In this document: positions 61,401 to 64,000 of the stretch, piece by piece
Numbering within the stretch: position 1 is the first letter of the stretch
Layout of the letters: each line of letters opens with the position of its first letter
NCBI RefSeq assembly: GCF_000143415.4
Contig: NW_003314262.1
Location: 142,183-206,182 of the forward strand
Direction: 5' to 3'
Origin: Selaginella moellendorffii
Taxonomy: Eukaryota > Plantae > Lycopodiophyta
DNA length: 64,000 bases
Made by a program: the position numbers and the translations under genes
The notes under the pieces: model-generated
The model's database searches: none
Told to the model about the DNA's origin: nothing
The model's input: only the letters and a program-made list of their open reading frames with translations

Positions 61401-62116
61401 TCGAGGCTCACCAGTAGCTTCTGAGCCACCCCGTGAATCCCTCCCATAGATTTTAGCGTGGACTCTTGAGCGCTCCTGTCACCCAGTGACGATAGTTGCT
61501 TTGGAGAAACTTGGAACCCGTGCTGCTTTGCTTTCTCGTCCTCGACAGTGGTAACATCGGGAGCGGAGATCCCAGCTGGAAAAGTTTAGAGTGATTGTCA
61601 GTCTGGAATGAAATTCCACTCGAGAAAGCTAGAACGCATCCAAAAAGAGCCAGGCACTCATAACTTCCACACAAAAGAGACGAGATCATCCAAAAGAAAA
61701 CTTGGAAAAGCCAGGACAAAGCTTTCACATGGAAAACACGCACGAGAGATCATCCAGAGAGCCAGGGAGAAAAAATCCGACGAGCAAGGAACTCACCATC
61801 GATGAATCGAAACGCGGCCCTCACGACTTGCCCGGTCGTCTTAAACTTCCGCCTCTGCAAAGAGAAGAAGAGGAACAATTAAGTGAGAACATCTCTAGGA
61901 AGAGCTATGGCAGCAGCGCCCAAAATCTCTTACCTTCTCGTCGGCGTCGCGCCTCTTCTTCACATTGGCAGTGTAGCGAAAGCGCCGCGAGGCATTGAGC
62001 ACAAGCGTGGCCTTTCTCCACGACTCGAGCACTTCCAATGGAGTGTCCTTGTGCGGGATCTCGAAGGTATTCTTGGATCCGCCCCTGCCTAGATCGGAGC
62101 CACGCCTGGATTCCAT
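58460..62116 (-). CDS. P2B-type autoinhibited Ca2+-ATPase (ACA) copy A
   Basis: N-terminal regulatory motif '[23 protein letters not shown]', plus [25 protein letters not shown] and QFQLTVN. Stop at 58460. Confidence 0.94.
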
Positions 62117-62604
62117 TCCTTCTCCCCCTTACCACACGGGCATTTGCGATATTTTGACCGATCGATTGATCGATCTACAGCAGCTAGACGACGACGACGA
62201 AGAAGAGGAAACGATCAAGAACCCTAACCAGACCTTATCCGATCGAACTGCTGCGCGAGATCGCTCGAGATTTCTCGCGGCTGTCGGGAAATCGGAGCGG
62301 CGCTGGGGAGGAGAGGCGCGCAACCGGACAAATGCGCGCATTCAAGGCGCTGTGGACGCGCCTGCGCGTTCTGTTACTGCTGCTGCTGCCCAGATTGTTC
62401 CTACCAGCGGAATGGTGGCGATTTGCCGATCGATCGCGTCGCTTGTCTGCGCTGCGCGATCAGGAGCAAGTCTTAAGCAGCTTCTTGGAGTACGGCCCTA
62501 GACCCCGCGTACGACCATCGTACCCTTCGTGCCCTTCACGCGTCACGACGCGGCCAGGCAATATAGACGAAGAAACTAACCATTGACCAATCAGACAAAG
62601 CTCT

Positions 62605-62913
62605 TGCTAATATAAGTTCCGAGCATTTTGGACAAATATCTTCATCCAAATTCTTAAGAAGAATTCTATAGCTTTCTACGCTTTGTAGCTTTGGGGGCCT
62701 ATCAAAAATCTCTTGTTATTGCTTGTGACAAAAAATCGCGACGAATTCTCTTTTGACATTGGTACGGACATGCTAATATAAGTTCCAAGCATTTTAGACA
62801 AACACGAACTCTATCTCCATCCAAATTCTCAAGAAGAATTCTATAGCTTTTCTACGCTTTGTAGCTTTGGGAGGCGATAGAAAATCTCTTGTTATTGCTT
62901 GTGACAATCGCGA
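62605..62913. repeat. Tandem duplication (~140 bp units) overlapping the aspartic protease stop codon
   Basis: 'tgctaatataagttcc.agcatttt.gacaaa...gaagaattctatagcttt..ctacgctttgtagctttggg...aaaatctcttgttattgcttgtgacaa' starts at 62605 and at 62771. Confidence 0.85.
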
Positions 62914-64000
62914 TGGCCTTTCTTCCATCCAACTCGGGAGTTTTCGAGGTCGTAAACCACCAGCTTGTCTTTGAGGACGATTTCTACACACGAGAGTTTC
63001 ATGGGAAGAAAAAGGATGCTTCTGTGATTTACCTCCCAAGACAGTGAGATCGCCAGACGATTGCCATACGTAGCAGTAGACGTGAATTTTCTGTTCGATT
63101 GTCAAAGTCATGAGCGCTTTCTTTGCTGTTGAAAATCGCTAATTTATTTTTCTTTTCGTTTTCACGCACCTGGTTTGTGGTGACAGGTGCCAAGTAGTTT
63201 TCAGGGGTCAAGCTCATGGACGCTCCACCTTGGAAGAAAAGAGTGATGTTTGGAAAAGACGAACCGAGGCTGGAACAAAGTAAGAAAAATCCGATTTTGT
63301 TTTTCAAGTACCTGGTTCTAACATGGAAGCACCGAGTTTCGTTGATGTCAGACGCTACTGTAGCGCTGGTTAAGTTTAAGATCTGCTTTAAGAAAAAAAA
63401 ACACTCTAGCGAAGAAAAAACATGGAAAAGGGAGCTTACGGTCTGGAAAAGAAGATTATTCGCTGCAGTCGAAAGTGTCGCAAATGTTGTGCCGCTGTCA
63501 AAAATGACTCCGTGAGTCCCGCTAGTGTTCCTGGTGTATAAAAAATCCTTTGTGTCGATCGGGAGGATCTTAGCGTTGACAGAAATGCCGAGTAGAATCA
63601 CGCTGTAATAGCCTCTGATTTCCAAAATCACGAACTTGTGTCAAGCAAGCAGAAAGGGAAAAAAGGAGACAAATTGAAAGCTCAAAACTTACGAGGTGTT
63701 CAGGAGAGGAGTGTAAACCATTCCTAGCTCTGGAGGAGATTCTCCAAGCGCAAGAACTCCACCACCATCTCTCTCTCCGCTTAAGCAATGCGAGAAAATT
63801 TTGGTGAGATTCCTCTGAGCTGCAATCTGGGACGGTGCGGCCAGCGGAAGCGGTCCAAATCCCATAACCCCATCACCTGGCCAGCTACCAGAGATATAAT
63901 TCGCACACCTGAAGAACACCGCTTGCGAAAAGGCCTGGAGCTATCAAAAACGTACCCGAGAAAAATCTGGGAAGTTTTATCACCCCTGCCTTGATCTCGC
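62892..64000 (-). CDS. A1-family (nepenthesin/nucellin-like) aspartic protease, 3' part; the gene runs off the window
   Basis: 'DGVMGFG', 'IFSHCL', second catalytic motif 'IFDSGTT', 'FPNITLFFQGGA', and last exon 'IVLKDKLVVYDLENSRVGW...HKQ*'. Confidence 0.88.

Noticed and set aside
48448-61424. Many overlapping or antisense ORFs within the PPR and ACA genes
   Set aside because: Expected shadow ORFs of GC-rich coding sequence.

Overview
Eukaryotic plant nuclear DNA. Short introns (mostly about 50-100 nt), dense genes and a GC-rich PLS-DYW PPR suggest a compact land-plant genome such as the lycophyte Selaginella; this is inferred, not proven. The left ~8 kb is degraded transposon and pseudogene sequence. 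From 8.4 to 51.8 kb lies a rearranged cluster of G-type (bulb) lectin S-domain, non-RD (HCD) receptor kinases, bounded by a nucleobase-ascorbate transporter (NAT) gene on the left and a PPR-DYW gene on the right. The cluster holds three intact kinases (A, B, C), one kinase-less membrane-anchored ectodomain gene, a frameshifted inverted copy of A, and several fragments. At 39960/39961 a 5' PPR fragment is fused to a 5' NAT fragment. The region therefore reads as two NAT-[receptor block]-PPR units in tandem, with near-identical borders but very different interiors, like two divergent haplotypes. The right end is gene-dense: an STE24/CAAX protease, two tandem P2B Ca2+-ATPases (one apparently lacks the N-terminal autoinhibitory domain and carries a new repeated C-terminal tail), and the 3' part of an A1 aspartic protease. 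A 100-N assembly gap lies at 33627-33726. All alignments were made by eye, so boundaries of degraded elements and identity statements are approximate.
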